This document shows, piece after piece, positions 8,363-17,553 of a DNA stretch of 32,000 bases. The notes beneath the pieces are model-generated. The model did no database searches. It was not told where the DNA came from and saw only the letters and a list, made by a program, of their open reading frames with translations. This stretch comes from Alkalilimnicola ehrlichii MLHE-1 (GTDB lineage Bacteria > Pseudomonadota > Gammaproteobacteria > Nitrococcales > Halorhodospiraceae). The first letter of the stretch is position 1. Every line of letters begins with the position of its first letter. The stretch is taken from NCBI RefSeq assembly GCF_000014785.1, contig NC_008340.1, positions 2,550,001 to 2,582,000 on the forward strand. The letters run 5' to 3'. The position numbers and the translations under genes were made by a program.

Positions 8363-9256
8363 ATGGCCGAAACGCCAGAGGCCCTCTACGAGGCCAATCT
8401 CAAGTCCCTGGAGTGTCTGCACCAGGGCAAGGTACGGGACATCTACGCGGTGGACGACCGGCGCATGCTGATCGTCACCACCGACCGCCTGTCCGCCTTT
8501 GACGTCATCCTGCCCGACCCCATCCCGGGCAAGGGCCAGGTGCTGACGTCGGTCTCCAACTTCTGGTTCGAGCACACCCGTCACATCATCGCCAACCACC
8601 TGCTCGACGACCGCCCGGAAGAGGTCATCCCCGATCCGGCCGAACAGGCGCGGGTGGCCGGCCGCGCGGTGGTGGTCCGGCGGGTCCGGCCGCTGCCTGT
8701 GGAGGCCATCGCCCGCGGCTACATCATCGGCTCCGGCTGGAAGGACTATCAGGCCACCGGTCAGGTCTGCGGCATCCCGCTGCCGCCGGGGCTACGCCAG
8801 GCCGACGCGCTGCCCGAGCCGATCTTCACCCCCTCCACCAAGGCCGCGGTGGGCGGGCACGACGAAAACGTACGCTTCGACGCGGTGGTGAAGGCCATCG
8901 GTGCGCCGCTGGCCGAGCGCATCCGCGAGGTGACCCTGCGGCTCTACAGCGAGGCGGCGGCTTACGCCCGCGAGCGCGGCATCATCATCGCCGATACCAA
9001 GTTCGAGTTCGGGGTGGATGAGGACGACAACCTGCTGCTGATCGACGAGGCCCTGACGCCGGACTCTTCCCGCTTCTGGCCGGCGGACCAGTACCGCCCG
9101 GGCAGCTCACCGCCCAGCTTCGACAAGCAGTTCGTGCGCGATTACCTGGAAACTTTGGACTGGGACAAGACCCCACCGGGGCCGCGTCTGCCGGAGGAGA
9201 TTCTGCGCCGCACCGCCGAGAAATACCGCGAAGCCCAGCGCCGGCTGCTGGGCTGA
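8363..9256 (+). CDS. purC: phosphoribosylaminoimidazole-succinocarboxamide (SAICAR) synthase, long form
   Basis: I use the internal ATG at 8363 of track ORF 8195..9256 (alternative ATG at 8345). The sequence is [48 protein letters not shown]...[10 protein letters not shown]...[19 protein letters not shown] lies 9 nt upstream. Confidence 0.9.
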   Translation: MAETPEALYEANLKSLECLHQGKVRDIYAVDDRRMLIVTTDRLSAFDVILPDPIPGKGQVLTSVSNFWFEHTRHIIANHLLDDRPEEVIPDPAEQARVAGRAVVVRRVRPLPVEAIARGYIIGSGWKDYQATGQVCGIPLPPGLRQADALPEPIFTPSTKAAVGGHDENVRFDAVVKAIGAPLAERIREVTLRLYSEAAAYARERGIIIADTKFEFGVDEDDNLLLIDEALTPDSSRFWPADQYRPGSSPPSFDKQFVRDYLETLDWDKTPPGPRLPEEILRRTAEKYREAQRRLLG

Positions 9257-9281
9257 AGCCCCCCAACCCTCAGGAGGTTCC

Positions 9282-9458
9282 GTGGGACAGAAAGCCTTCG
9301 CCATCCTGCTGCCCGGCTTGCTCATCCTCTTCGGCCTGGGGCTGCTCTACAGCGCCTGGGCCGACCCCAACGCCGGGGTCATCTACGGCATCCCCGCCGG
9401 CCTGCTGTTCGCCGGCTTCGGCGTCTACCTCATGATCCAGCTCTGGCGCTCGGGCTAG
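9282..9458 (+). CDS. small two-helix membrane protein (58 aa), hypothetical
   Basis: This ORF is below the track length cut-off. The start is GTG at 9282, preceded by AGGAGG (9272-9277). My translation is MGQKAFAILLPGLLILFGLGLLYSAWADPNAGVIYGIPAGLLFAGFGVYLMIQLWRSG, with stop TAG at 9456-9458. It has two hydrophobic helices and GC-rich third positions like the neighbouring genes. Confidence 0.5.
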   Translation: MGQKAFAILLPGLLILFGLGLLYSAWADPNAGVIYGIPAGLLFAGFGVYLMIQLWRSG

Positions 9459-9475
9459 ACACCCCCAGGCCGACT

Positions 9476-9730
9476 CCCCGCCATCACAAGGCACCGGAGC
9501 CCCAAGCCCGTCATCGCGACGAGCGCCCCCTCCCCCGTCATCGCGAGGGCCGAAGGCTTTCCCCCCGTCATCGCGAGGGCCGAAGGCCCGTGGCGATCCA
9601 GGGCGGTAGACTGCCACGTCGGCTTCGCCTCCTCGCAGTGACAGTGGGGGCGGGTCCCCGCTCGCAGTGACAGTGGGGGTGGGTCCCCGCTCGCAGTGAC
9701 GGTGGGGGTGGCGCTTTCCGCCGTGACGGT
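9476..9730. repeat. REP/REPIN-like palindromic element cluster A: one full element flanked by extra half-sites on both sides
   Basis: The full element is gtcatcgcgagggccgaaggcccgtggcgatccagggcggtagactgccacgtcggcttcgcctcctcgcagtgac (about 9567-9642). Extra left heads sit near 9479, 9509 and 9536. Extra right heads end at 9671, 9700 and 9727. Confidence 0.85.
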
Positions 9731-9750
9731 GGGGCTGGGGCGGCCGCTGC

Positions 9751-10599
9751 TCAGGGGCCGACCATGCGGTTGCGCAGCGCGCCCAGCCCCTCGATCTCGC
9801 ACTCCACGACATCCCCCGGCTGCAGGTACTCCGGCGGCGTGCGGGCGAATCCGACGCCGGCCGGGGTGCCGGTGGCGATCATGTCTCCGGGCTGCAGGGT
9901 CATGACGCTGGAGAGCGTCGCGATGGTCTCGGCGATGGAGAACACCATCTGCCGGGTGTCACCGTCCTGCTTGAGATCGCCGTTGACGCGGCAGGTCAGA
10001 CGCAGTGCCTGCGGGTCCGGCACCGCATCGGCGGTGGTGATCCAGGGGCCCATGGGGCAACTGCCATCCATGGACTTGCCCAGGAAAAACTGCTTGTGCC
10101 GGAACTGCAGGTCACGGGCCGACAGGTCGTTGACCACCGTATAGCCGAAGACATGCTCCAGCGCCCGCGCCTGCGGGATATGCCGCCCGCCGCGGCCGAT
10201 CACCACCCCGAGTTCCACCTCCCAGTCCAGCTGTTCGGTGACCCGCGGGTCCACCCGCACATCGGCGTAGGGCCCGGTCACCGAGGTGGTGGCCTTGGTG
10301 AACACCACCGGCGCCTCCGGCAGCTTCCAGTCCCGGCCCTTTGCGGCCATGGACTCCTGCGCGTGGTCGGCGTAATTGAGCCCCAGACACATGACATTGC
10401 GCCGGGGCACCGGGAGGGGGGCCAGGAAGGTGACCCGGTCGGCGGGAATCGGCGCGGCATCGGCCTCACGGGGGGCCTCGCCGGATTCCAGCAGGGCCTG
10501 CACGCTGTCGTGACCGGCCAGCGGCGTGACCTGACGCCCATCCTCGCTGACGGCGACCGCGAGGGAACGCCCTTCGTGTTGCACGGTGGCGATACGCAT
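9751..10599 (-). CDS. fumarylacetoacetate hydrolase (FAH) family protein
   Basis: 282 aa with an ATG start and GGAGGA upstream. VMCLGLNYADHAQES and the C-terminal ...GDMIATGTPAGVG...LQPGDVVECEIEGLG are typical of FAH/FAHD-type hydrolases and decarboxylases. Confidence 0.85.
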   Translation of the reverse strand: MRIATVQHEGRSLAVAVSEDGRQVTPLAGHDSVQALLESGEAPREADAAPIPADRVTFLAPLPVPRRNVMCLGLNYADHAQESMAAKGRDWKLPEAPVVFTKATTSVTGPYADVRVDPRVTEQLDWEVELGVVIGRGGRHIPQARALEHVFGYTVVNDLSARDLQFRHKQFFLGKSMDGSCPMGPWITTADAVPDPQALRLTCRVNGDLKQDGDTRQMVFSIAETIATLSSVMTLQPGDMIATGTPAGVGFARTPPEYLQPGDVVECEIEGLGALRNRMVGP

Positions 10600-10633
10600 G
10601 ATGTCCTCCCGGGTTCGATGGTGCTCGGGGCGT

Positions 10634-11647
10634 TCAGCCGGCCGCCCGCATCATGGCCACGGCCGTGTCCAGCATGCGGTTGGCGAACCCCCACTCATTG
10701 TCGTACCAGGCGCAGATCTTCACCAGCCGTCCCTTCACCTTGGTGAGGGTGGCATCGAACACCGCCGAGGCCGGGTGGTGGTTGAAGTCGATGGAGACCA
10801 GCGGGTCGTCGTTCACCGCCAGGACCCCGGCCATGGGCCCGGCCGCGGCGGCGCGGATGATCTCGTGCACCTCCTCCACCGAGGTCGCCCGCCCGGCGTC
10901 GAAGGTCAGATCCACCAGCGAGACATTCAGCGTGGGCACGCGCATGGCGTAGCCATCCAGCCGCCCGGCCATCTCCGGCAGCACCAGCCCCAGTGCCCGG
11001 GTGGCCCCGGTCTTGGTGGGGACCTGGCTCAGGGTGGCCGAACGGGCCCGGCGCAAATCGGCATGGGGTGAATCGGTGAGCACTTGGTCGTTGGTGTAGG
11101 CGTGGATGGTGGTCAGCAGCCCCTGCTCGATGCCCAGCGCCCGGTGCAGCGGCTGCACGATGGGCGCCAGGCAGTTGGTGGTGCAGGAGGCGTTGGAGAC
11201 CACCGTGTGTTCGGCCCGCAGGATATCGTGATTGACCCCGTAACAGACGGTGGCGTCCACCTCCGGCCCGCCCGGCGCGGAGATCAGCACCTTGCGGGCA
11301 CCGGCCCGCAGGTGGCGCTCTGCCTGCTCGCGGCTGGCAAAGCGGCCGGTGCACTCCATGACCAGGTCCACCCCCAGCGCCTCCCAGGGCAGGCGATCCG
11401 GGTCACGTTCCGAGGTGTAGCGGATGCGGTCGCCGTTGACCACCAGCTCGCCCTCCCCGGTCTGCACATCGCCCGGGAACCGCCCGTGCGTGGTGTCGTG
11501 GCGGGTCAGATGGGCGGCCGTGCGCAGTTCGCACAGGTCGTTGACCGCCACGATACGCAGCTCATCGCTGCGCCCCGACTCATAGAGCGCCCGCAGAACG
11601 CCCCGCCCAATCCGGCCGTAGCCGTTGATCGCCACCTTGATGGCCAT
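10634..11647 (-). CDS. gap: type I glyceraldehyde-3-phosphate dehydrogenase
   Basis: 337 aa. It has [15 protein letters not shown] and the active-site [12 protein letters not shown]. It starts at ATG with GAGGGA upstream and lies downstream of tkt on the same strand. Confidence 0.93.
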   Translation of the reverse strand: MAIKVAINGYGRIGRGVLRALYESGRSDELRIVAVNDLCELRTAAHLTRHDTTHGRFPGDVQTGEGELVVNGDRIRYTSERDPDRLPWEALGVDLVMECTGRFASREQAERHLRAGARKVLISAPGGPEVDATVCYGVNHDILRAEHTVVSNASCTTNCLAPIVQPLHRALGIEQGLLTTIHAYTNDQVLTDSPHADLRRARSATLSQVPTKTGATRALGLVLPEMAGRLDGYAMRVPTLNVSLVDLTFDAGRATSVEEVHEIIRAAAAGPMAGVLAVNDDPLVSIDFNHHPASAVFDATLTKVKGRLVKICAWYDNEWGFANRMLDTAVAMMRAAG

Positions 11648-11711
11648 AGTATCCCTCGTTCAACCCGAATGATTGCCCGCCGACCACCGCCGCAGGCCCC
11701 TTGGCGCCCCC

Positions 11712-11822
11712 TCCCCCCGTCATCGCGAGGGCCGAAGGCCCGTGGCGATCCAGAGGGGTAGACTGCCACGTCGGCTTCGCCTCCTCGCAGTGACGGGGCG
11801 GGCCCTCGCTCGCCGTAACCGT
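11712..11822. repeat. REP/REPIN-like element cluster B: one full 76-bp element plus a degenerate half-site
   Basis: Positions 11719-11794 read gtcatcgcgagggccgaaggcccgtggcgatccagaggggtagactgccacgtcggcttcgcctcctcgcagtgac. The degenerate ccctcgctcgccgtaacc follows. It lies between the tkt stop and the gap start. Confidence 0.85.
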
Positions 11823-11839
11823 TGGAGACTGGGCTGCGC

Positions 11840-13840
11840 TCAGATCACCGTGGTGCTGGCCTTGACCACCGCGTCGACGTTGATGCCGAAATGCTCGTAG
11901 AGTGCCGGCCCCGGTGCCGACTCGCCGAAGGTGTCGATGCCGATCACCCGGCCGCGGTCGCCCAGCAGCGCCTGCCAGGGCATCGGGTGGGCCGCCTCCA
12001 TGGCGATCACCGGCACCCCCGCCGGCAGCACCGCCTCGCGGTAGTCGGCCGGCTGCGACTGGAACACCTCCAGACAGGGCATGGACACCACCCGCACCCG
12101 CCGGCCCCGGTCGGCCAGCCGCTCGGCCGCCTCCACCATGATCGCCACCTCACTGCCGGTGGCCATCAGGATCAGCTCCGCCTCACCCTGCTTGGGCTCG
12201 GCCAGCACATAACCGCCGCGCCGAATCAACGCCACCTGCTCGTCGGTGCGCTGCTGCGCCACCAACCCCTGGCGCGAGAGCGCCAGCAGACTCGGCCCGT
12301 CACGGCGCTCCAGCGCCGCCTGCCACGCCGCCTGGGTCTCAATGGCATCGCACGGGCGCCAGACATCCAGCCCCGGGATCATGCGCAGACTCCCCAGATG
12401 CTCCACCGGCTGGTGGGTCGGGCCATCCTCGCCCAGACCGATAGAGTCGTGGGTGTGGACAAAGATCTGCTGTATGCCCATCAGCGCCGCCATGCGGATG
12501 GCGTTGCGCGCGTAATCGGAGAACACCAGAAAGGTGCCGGTGTAGGGGATGAACCCGCCGTGCAGCGCCAGCCCGTTGGCAATGGCGCTCATGCCGAACT
12601 CACGCACCCCGTAGTGGAGGTAATTGCCATCGGCGTCGGCCTTCGCCCCGCCGATCACCGCGCAGTCTTCCCACTTGGTGTTGTTGGAGCCGGACAGGTC
12701 CGCCGAGCCGCCGAGCAGCTCCGGCAGGTACGGCCCCAGCCGGTTGAGCGCCTGCTCCGAGGCCTTGCGCGTGGCCACCTTGGCCGACTCGTCCACCGCC
12801 TCGGCCAGCGCCTCCTCGGCGTGCTGGGCAAACCGCTCGGGCAGCGCGCCCTTCATCCGCCGCTCAAACTCCGCCGCCATCTCCGGGTGCGCCTTGCGGT
12901 AAGCGGCCAGCCGCTCGTGCCAGGCCGCCTCCAACTGCTTGCCGCGCGCCCGCGCATCCCACCCGCTGTAGATCTCGCGCGGGATCTCAAACGGCCCGTG
13001 CTCCCACTTCAGGAACTCGCGCGTGGCCTGGATCTCCTCATCGCCCAGCGGCGCACCGTGCACCCCGTGGGTGCCGCAGACGTTGGGCGCGCCAAAGCCG
13101 ATCACCGTCTTGCAGCAGATCAGGCTCGGCCGGTCGGTCACCGCACGCGCCTCATCAATGGCGCGCTTGATCGCCTCCGAATCGTGCCCGTCCACCTCGC
13201 GCACCACATGCCAGCCGTAAGCCTCAAACCGGCCCGGCGTATCGTCGGTGAACCAGCCCTCCACCTTGCCGTCAATGGAGATGCCGTTGTCGTCGTAAAA
13301 ACCGATCAGCTTGCCCAGCTTCCATGTGCCGGCCAGCGAGCAGGCCTCGTGACTCACCCCCTCCATCAGACAGCCATCGCCCAGGAAGCAGTAGGTCCAG
13401 TGATCCACCAGCTCGTGGCCCGGGCGGTTGAACTGCGCGGCCAGGGTGCGCTCGGCCAGCGCCAGCCCCACCGCGTTGGCCAGCCCCTGGCCCAGCGGCC
13501 CGGTGGTGGTCTCCACCCCCGCGGTGTAGCCGTACTCCGGGTGACCGGGGGTCCTGGAGTGCAGTTGGCGGAAGGCCTTCAGATCGTCAATGCCCAGCTC
13601 ATAGCCCGACAGGTGCAGCAGGCTGTAAAGCAGCATCGAGCCGTGACCGTTGGAGAGCACAAACCGGTCCCGGTCCCACCAGTGGGGGTTGGCCGGGTTG
13701 TGGCGCAGATAGTCGTTCCACAGCACTTCGGCAATATCCGCCATGCCCATGGGCGCGCCCGGGTGACCGGAATGGGCGCGCTGCACCGCGTCCATGGACA
13801 GGGCTCGGATGGCATTGGCCAGATCTCGGCGTGTGGGCAT
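11840..13840 (-). CDS. tkt: transketolase
   Basis: 666 aa: [41 protein letters not shown]..., followed by the ThDP-binding [13 protein letters not shown]. The match to the Tkt family runs the full length. Confidence 0.95.
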   Translation of the reverse strand: MPTRRDLANAIRALSMDAVQRAHSGHPGAPMGMADIAEVLWNDYLRHNPANPHWWDRDRFVLSNGHGSMLLYSLLHLSGYELGIDDLKAFRQLHSRTPGHPEYGYTAGVETTTGPLGQGLANAVGLALAERTLAAQFNRPGHELVDHWTYCFLGDGCLMEGVSHEACSLAGTWKLGKLIGFYDDNGISIDGKVEGWFTDDTPGRFEAYGWHVVREVDGHDSEAIKRAIDEARAVTDRPSLICCKTVIGFGAPNVCGTHGVHGAPLGDEEIQATREFLKWEHGPFEIPREIYSGWDARARGKQLEAAWHERLAAYRKAHPEMAAEFERRMKGALPERFAQHAEEALAEAVDESAKVATRKASEQALNRLGPYLPELLGGSADLSGSNNTKWEDCAVIGGAKADADGNYLHYGVREFGMSAIANGLALHGGFIPYTGTFLVFSDYARNAIRMAALMGIQQIFVHTHDSIGLGEDGPTHQPVEHLGSLRMIPGLDVWRPCDAIETQAAWQAALERRDGPSLLALSRQGLVAQQRTDEQVALIRRGGYVLAEPKQGEAELILMATGSEVAIMVEAAERLADRGRRVRVVSMPCLEVFQSQPADYREAVLPAGVPVIAMEAAHPMPWQALLGDRGRVIGIDTFGESAPGPALYEHFGINVDAVVKASTTVI

Positions 13841-14034
13841 TACGGTTCCCCCGGGGTTGCATATAGATCAAGGGCGCTTATTGTCCTGTAGAGCCGGGTC
13901 GCCGGCAAGTTGGCGGGCCTCGCACTCACCGGGTGAGACCGCTACAATCGGCAGTTCGTCGAAAACGGCACCGCAAACACCCGTCGCGGCCACGCAACCG
14001 GGCGCGAGACAACCACAACACAGAGGAGCTTGGG

Positions 14035-15192
14035 GTGAGCGAATACCTGTTCACGTCAGAGTCGGTTTCCGAGGGCCATCCGGACAAGATGGCGGACCAG
14101 ATCTCCGACGCCGTGCTCGATGCCATCCTCGCCGAAGACCCCAGGGGCCGGATCGCCTGCGAGACGATGATCAAGACCGGAATCATCATCCTGGGCGGCG
14201 AGGTGACCACCTCGGCCAACATCGACTACGAGGCCGTGGCCCGGGAGACGGTCAAGCGCATCGGCTACAAACACCACGAGATGGGCTTCGATGGCGAGAC
14301 CTGCGGGGTCATCAACATCCTCGGCAAGCAGTCGGTGGACATCGCCCAGGGGGTCGACCGCGACCATCCGGAGGAACAGGGTGCCGGCGACCAGGGGCTG
14401 ATGTTCGGCTACGCCAGCAACGAGACCGATGTGCTGATGCCCGCCCCGATCACCTACGCCCACCGGCTGGTACAGCGCCAAGCGGAGGTGCGCTGTAACG
14501 GCCAGCTGCCCTGGCTGCGTCCGGATGCCAAGAGCCAGGTCACCCTGCGCTACGTGGACGGCCGCCCGGTGGCGGTGGACACGGTGGTGCTCTCCACCCA
14601 GCACGCCCCCGACCTCACCCAAGCCCAGGTGCACGAGGCGGTGATCGAGGAGATCATCAAGCCGGTATTGCCCGAGCAGTGGATCACCGGCGAGACCCGC
14701 TACCTGGTGAACCCCACCGGTCGCTTCGTGATCGGTGGCCCGGTGGGCGACTGCGGCCTGACCGGACGCAAGATCATTGTCGACACCTACGGCGGCATGG
14801 CCCGCCACGGCGGCGGCTGCTTCTCGGGCAAGGACCCGTCCAAGGTGGACCGCTCCGCCGCCTACGCCTGCCGCTACGTGGCCAAGAACATCGTCGCCGC
14901 AGGGCTCGCCGAGCGCTGTGAGATCCAGGTCTCCTACGCCATCGGCGTGGCCGAACCCACCTCCATCAGCGTGGAGACCTTCGGCACCGGCCGCGTGGAC
15001 AGCGAGAAGCTGACCCGCATCGTGCGCGAGCACTTCGACCTGCGCCCCTACGGCATCCTGAAGATGCTCGACCTGATCCGCCCGATCTACACCGCCACGG
15101 CCGCCTACGGCCACTTTGGCCGCGAGGACGAGGGCTTCCCCTGGGAGCGCATCGACCGCGCCGAGGAGATCCGCGACGCGGCCGGCCTGTAG
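14035..15192 (+). CDS. metK: S-adenosylmethionine synthetase
   Basis: I use the internal GTG at 14035 of track ORF 13933..15192, with AGGAG 7 nt upstream. The sequence is (M)[31 protein letters not shown]...[12 protein letters not shown]...[19 protein letters not shown]. Confidence 0.93.
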   Translation: MSEYLFTSESVSEGHPDKMADQISDAVLDAILAEDPRGRIACETMIKTGIIILGGEVTTSANIDYEAVARETVKRIGYKHHEMGFDGETCGVINILGKQSVDIAQGVDRDHPEEQGAGDQGLMFGYASNETDVLMPAPITYAHRLVQRQAEVRCNGQLPWLRPDAKSQVTLRYVDGRPVAVDTVVLSTQHAPDLTQAQVHEAVIEEIIKPVLPEQWITGETRYLVNPTGRFVIGGPVGDCGLTGRKIIVDTYGGMARHGGGCFSGKDPSKVDRSAAYACRYVAKNIVAAGLAERCEIQVSYAIGVAEPTSISVETFGTGRVDSEKLTRIVREHFDLRPYGILKMLDLIRPIYTATAAYGHFGREDEGFPWERIDRAEEIRDAAGL

Positions 15193-15213
15193 CGGGCAGA
15201 GCACCCGGCGCCG

Positions 15214-15290
15214 CCCCGAGGAGCGCTGCAACAGGGCCGCCGGCCCTGCCAGGCTCGGGGATGGCGCCCCATCGTTCCAACGGCGCTCAG
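15214..15290 (+). promoter_or_regulatory. SAH (S-adenosylhomocysteine) riboswitch in the ahcY leader
   Basis: CCCCGAGGAGCGCUGCAACAGGGCCGCCGGCCCUGCCAGGCUCGGGG...CCAACGGCGCUCAG. P1 pairs 15214-15220 with 15254-15260. The P2 hairpin pairs 15232-15238 with 15242-15248. The pseudoknot pairs GAGCGC 15221-15226 with GCGCUC 15283-15288. The GAGGAGCGCUGC / AGGCUCGG / AACGGCGCUC blocks match the SAH riboswitch consensus as I recall it, and the element sits in the usual position upstream of ahcY. Confidence 0.75.
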
Positions 15291-15309
15291 CGAAATCGGA
15301 GTCTGCACC

Positions 15310-16722
15310 ATGAATGCTGTCGTGGATACCAACGCCAACGACTACATCGTGCGCGACATCGGCCTCGCTGACTGGGGCCGTAAGGAAATCGCCATCGCCG
15401 AGACAGAGATGCCCGGCCTGATGGCGGTGCGCGAGGAATACCGCAACGAGCAGCCGCTCAAGGGCGCCCGCATCGCCGGGAGCCTGCACATGACCATCCA
15501 GACCGCCGTGCTCATTGAGGCGCTGATCGAGCTGGGGGCCGAGGTGCGCTGGGCGTCCTGCAACATCTACTCCACCCAGGATCACGCCGCCGCGGCCATC
15601 GCCGCCCAGGGCATCCCGGTGTTCGCCTACAAGGGCGAGACCCTGGATGAGTACTGGGACTACTGCCACCGGATCTTCGAGTTCGAGGGCGAGCCGGCCA
15701 ACATGATCCTCGACGACGGCGGCGATGCCACCCTGCTGCTCAACCTGGGCGCCAAAGCCGAGCAGGACGCCTCTGTGCTGGACAACCCGGGCAGCGACGA
15801 GGAAAAGGCCCTGTTCGTCGCCATCCGCAACCGCCTGGAGAGCCAGCCTGGTTGGTACAGCGAGCGGCTGGCCGCCATCCAGGGGGTCACCGAGGAGACC
15901 ACCACCGGCGTCAACCGCCTGGTGCGCATGGCCAACGAGGGCACCCTGCCCTTCCCCGCCATCAACGTGAACGACTCGGTCACCAAGTCCAAGTTCGACA
16001 ACCTCTACGGCTGCCGCGAATCGCTGCTGGACGGCATCAAGCGGGCCACCGACGTGATGATCGCCGGCAAGATCTGCGTGGTGGCGGGCTACGGCGACGT
16101 GGGCAAGGGCTGCGCCCAGAGCCTCCGCGGCCAGGGCGCCACCGTCTGGATCACCGAGATCGACCCCATCTGTGCCCTGCAGGCGGCCATGGAGGGCTAC
16201 CGGGTGGTCACCATGGACGAGGCCGCTGACAAGGCGGACATCTTCGTCACCGCCACCGGCAACTACCACGTGATCACCGGCGAACACCTGAGGGCGATGA
16301 AGCACAACGCCATCGTCTGCAACATCGGCCACTTCGACAACGAGATTGACGTGGCCAGCCTGCGCGACTGCGAGTGGGACAACATCAAGCCGCAGGTGGA
16401 CCACATCACCCTGCCCAGCGGCAACAAGATCATCCTGCTGGCCGAGGGCCGGCTGGTGAACCTGGGCTGCGCCACCGGGCACCCGAGCTTCGTGATGTCC
16501 AACTCCTTCACCAACCAGGTGTTGGCCCAAATCGAGCTGTTCGCCCACGGGGAGAAGTACGACAAGCAGGTCTACGTGCTGCCCAAGCACCTGGACGAGA
16601 AGGTCGCGCAGCTCCACCTGCAGAAGATCGGCGCACAACTGACAGCGCTGACCCCGGAACAGGCGGAATACATCGGCGTGCCGGTGGAGGGGCCTTACAA
16701 GCCGGAACACTACCGGTACTGA
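15310..16722 (+). CDS. ahcY: adenosylhomocysteinase
   Basis: 470 aa: [34 protein letters not shown]...[38 protein letters not shown]...HFDNEID. The match to AhcY runs the full length. Confidence 0.95.
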   Translation: MNAVVDTNANDYIVRDIGLADWGRKEIAIAETEMPGLMAVREEYRNEQPLKGARIAGSLHMTIQTAVLIEALIELGAEVRWASCNIYSTQDHAAAAIAAQGIPVFAYKGETLDEYWDYCHRIFEFEGEPANMILDDGGDATLLLNLGAKAEQDASVLDNPGSDEEKALFVAIRNRLESQPGWYSERLAAIQGVTEETTTGVNRLVRMANEGTLPFPAINVNDSVTKSKFDNLYGCRESLLDGIKRATDVMIAGKICVVAGYGDVGKGCAQSLRGQGATVWITEIDPICALQAAMEGYRVVTMDEAADKADIFVTATGNYHVITGEHLRAMKHNAIVCNIGHFDNEIDVASLRDCEWDNIKPQVDHITLPSGNKIILLAEGRLVNLGCATGHPSFVMSNSFTNQVLAQIELFAHGEKYDKQVYVLPKHLDEKVAQLHLQKIGAQLTALTPEQAEYIGVPVEGPYKPEHYRY

Positions 16723-16731
16723 CGGGGGACC

Positions 16732-17525
16732 GTCACTGCGAGGAGGCGAAGCCGACGTGGCAGTCTACCGCCCTGGATCGCCACGGGCCTGCGGCCCTCG
16801 CGATGACGGGGGTGGCGCCCCACCGTCACTGCGAGGAGGCGAAGCCGACGCGGCAGTCTACCGCCCTGGATCGCCACGGGCCTGCGGCCCTCGCGATGAC
16901 GGGGGTGGCGCCCCCACCGTCACTGCGAGGAGGCGAAGCCGACGCGGCAGTCCACCGCCCTGGATCGCCACGGGCCTGCGGCCCTCGCGATGACGGGGGT
17001 GGCGCCCCACCGTCACTGCGAGGAGGCGAAGCCGACGCGGCAGTCTACCGCCCTGGATCGCCACGGGCCTGCGGCCCTCGCGATGACGGGGGTGGCGCCC
17101 CCACCGTCACTGCGAGGAGGCGAAGCCGACGCGGCAGTCCACCGCCCTGGATCGCCACGGGCCTGCGGCCCTCGCGATGACGGGGGTGGCGCCCCACCGT
17201 CACTGCGAGGAGGCGAAGCCGACGCGGCAGTCCACCGCCCTGGATCGCCACGGGCCTGCGGCCCTCGCGATGACGGGGGTGGCGCCCCACCGTCACTGCG
17301 AGGAGGCGAAGCCGACGCGGCAGTCTACCGCCCTGGATCGCCACGGGCCTGCGGCCCTCGCGATGACGGGGGTGGCGCCCCCACCGTCACTGCGAGGAGG
17401 CGAAGCCGACGCGGCAGTCTACCGCCCTGGATCGCCACGGGCCTGCGGCCCTCGCGATGACGGGAGGAAGCCTTCGCCTTCGGGATGACGAAGGAAAACA
17501 TTCGGCCCTCGGGATGACGGTGGCG
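16732..17525. repeat. tandem array of 8 near-identical 93/94-bp units (77-bp palindromic element plus 16/17-bp linker), followed by degenerate half-sites
   Basis: Unit starts (gtcactgcgagg) are at 16732, 16825, 16919, 17012, 17106, 17199, 17292 and 17386. The last unit ends about 17462. The degenerate tail (cttcgggatgacg, cctcgggatgacgg) runs to about 17525. The track ORFs across it change frame only after the three 94-bp units, exactly as expected from 93/94-bp units. Confidence 0.92.
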
Positions 17526-17553
17526 GCGCCCCCGTTTGAAAACAGCCCTCAGC

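Noticed and set aside
13841-14034. A possible SAM-type riboswitch or MetJ boxes in the tkt/metK divergent region. The region contains a CTCAC-CGG-GTGAG hairpin and gCTACAATc, a -10-like hexamer.
   Set aside because: I could not match any SAM-I, SAM-II, SAM-V or SAM/SAH consensus, or tandem AGACGTCT met-boxes, by eye. Only a weak promoter guess remains, without a convincing -35. It is not reported as a feature.
16732-17462. Regularly spaced repeats that could be mistaken for a CRISPR array.
   Set aside because: The 16/17-bp 'spacers' are all the same sequence, so the array carries no unique spacers. The repeat unit (77 bp) is far longer than CRISPR repeats. The same element occurs singly elsewhere in the window. 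No cas genes or leader are present. It is a tandem repeat of a REP-like element.
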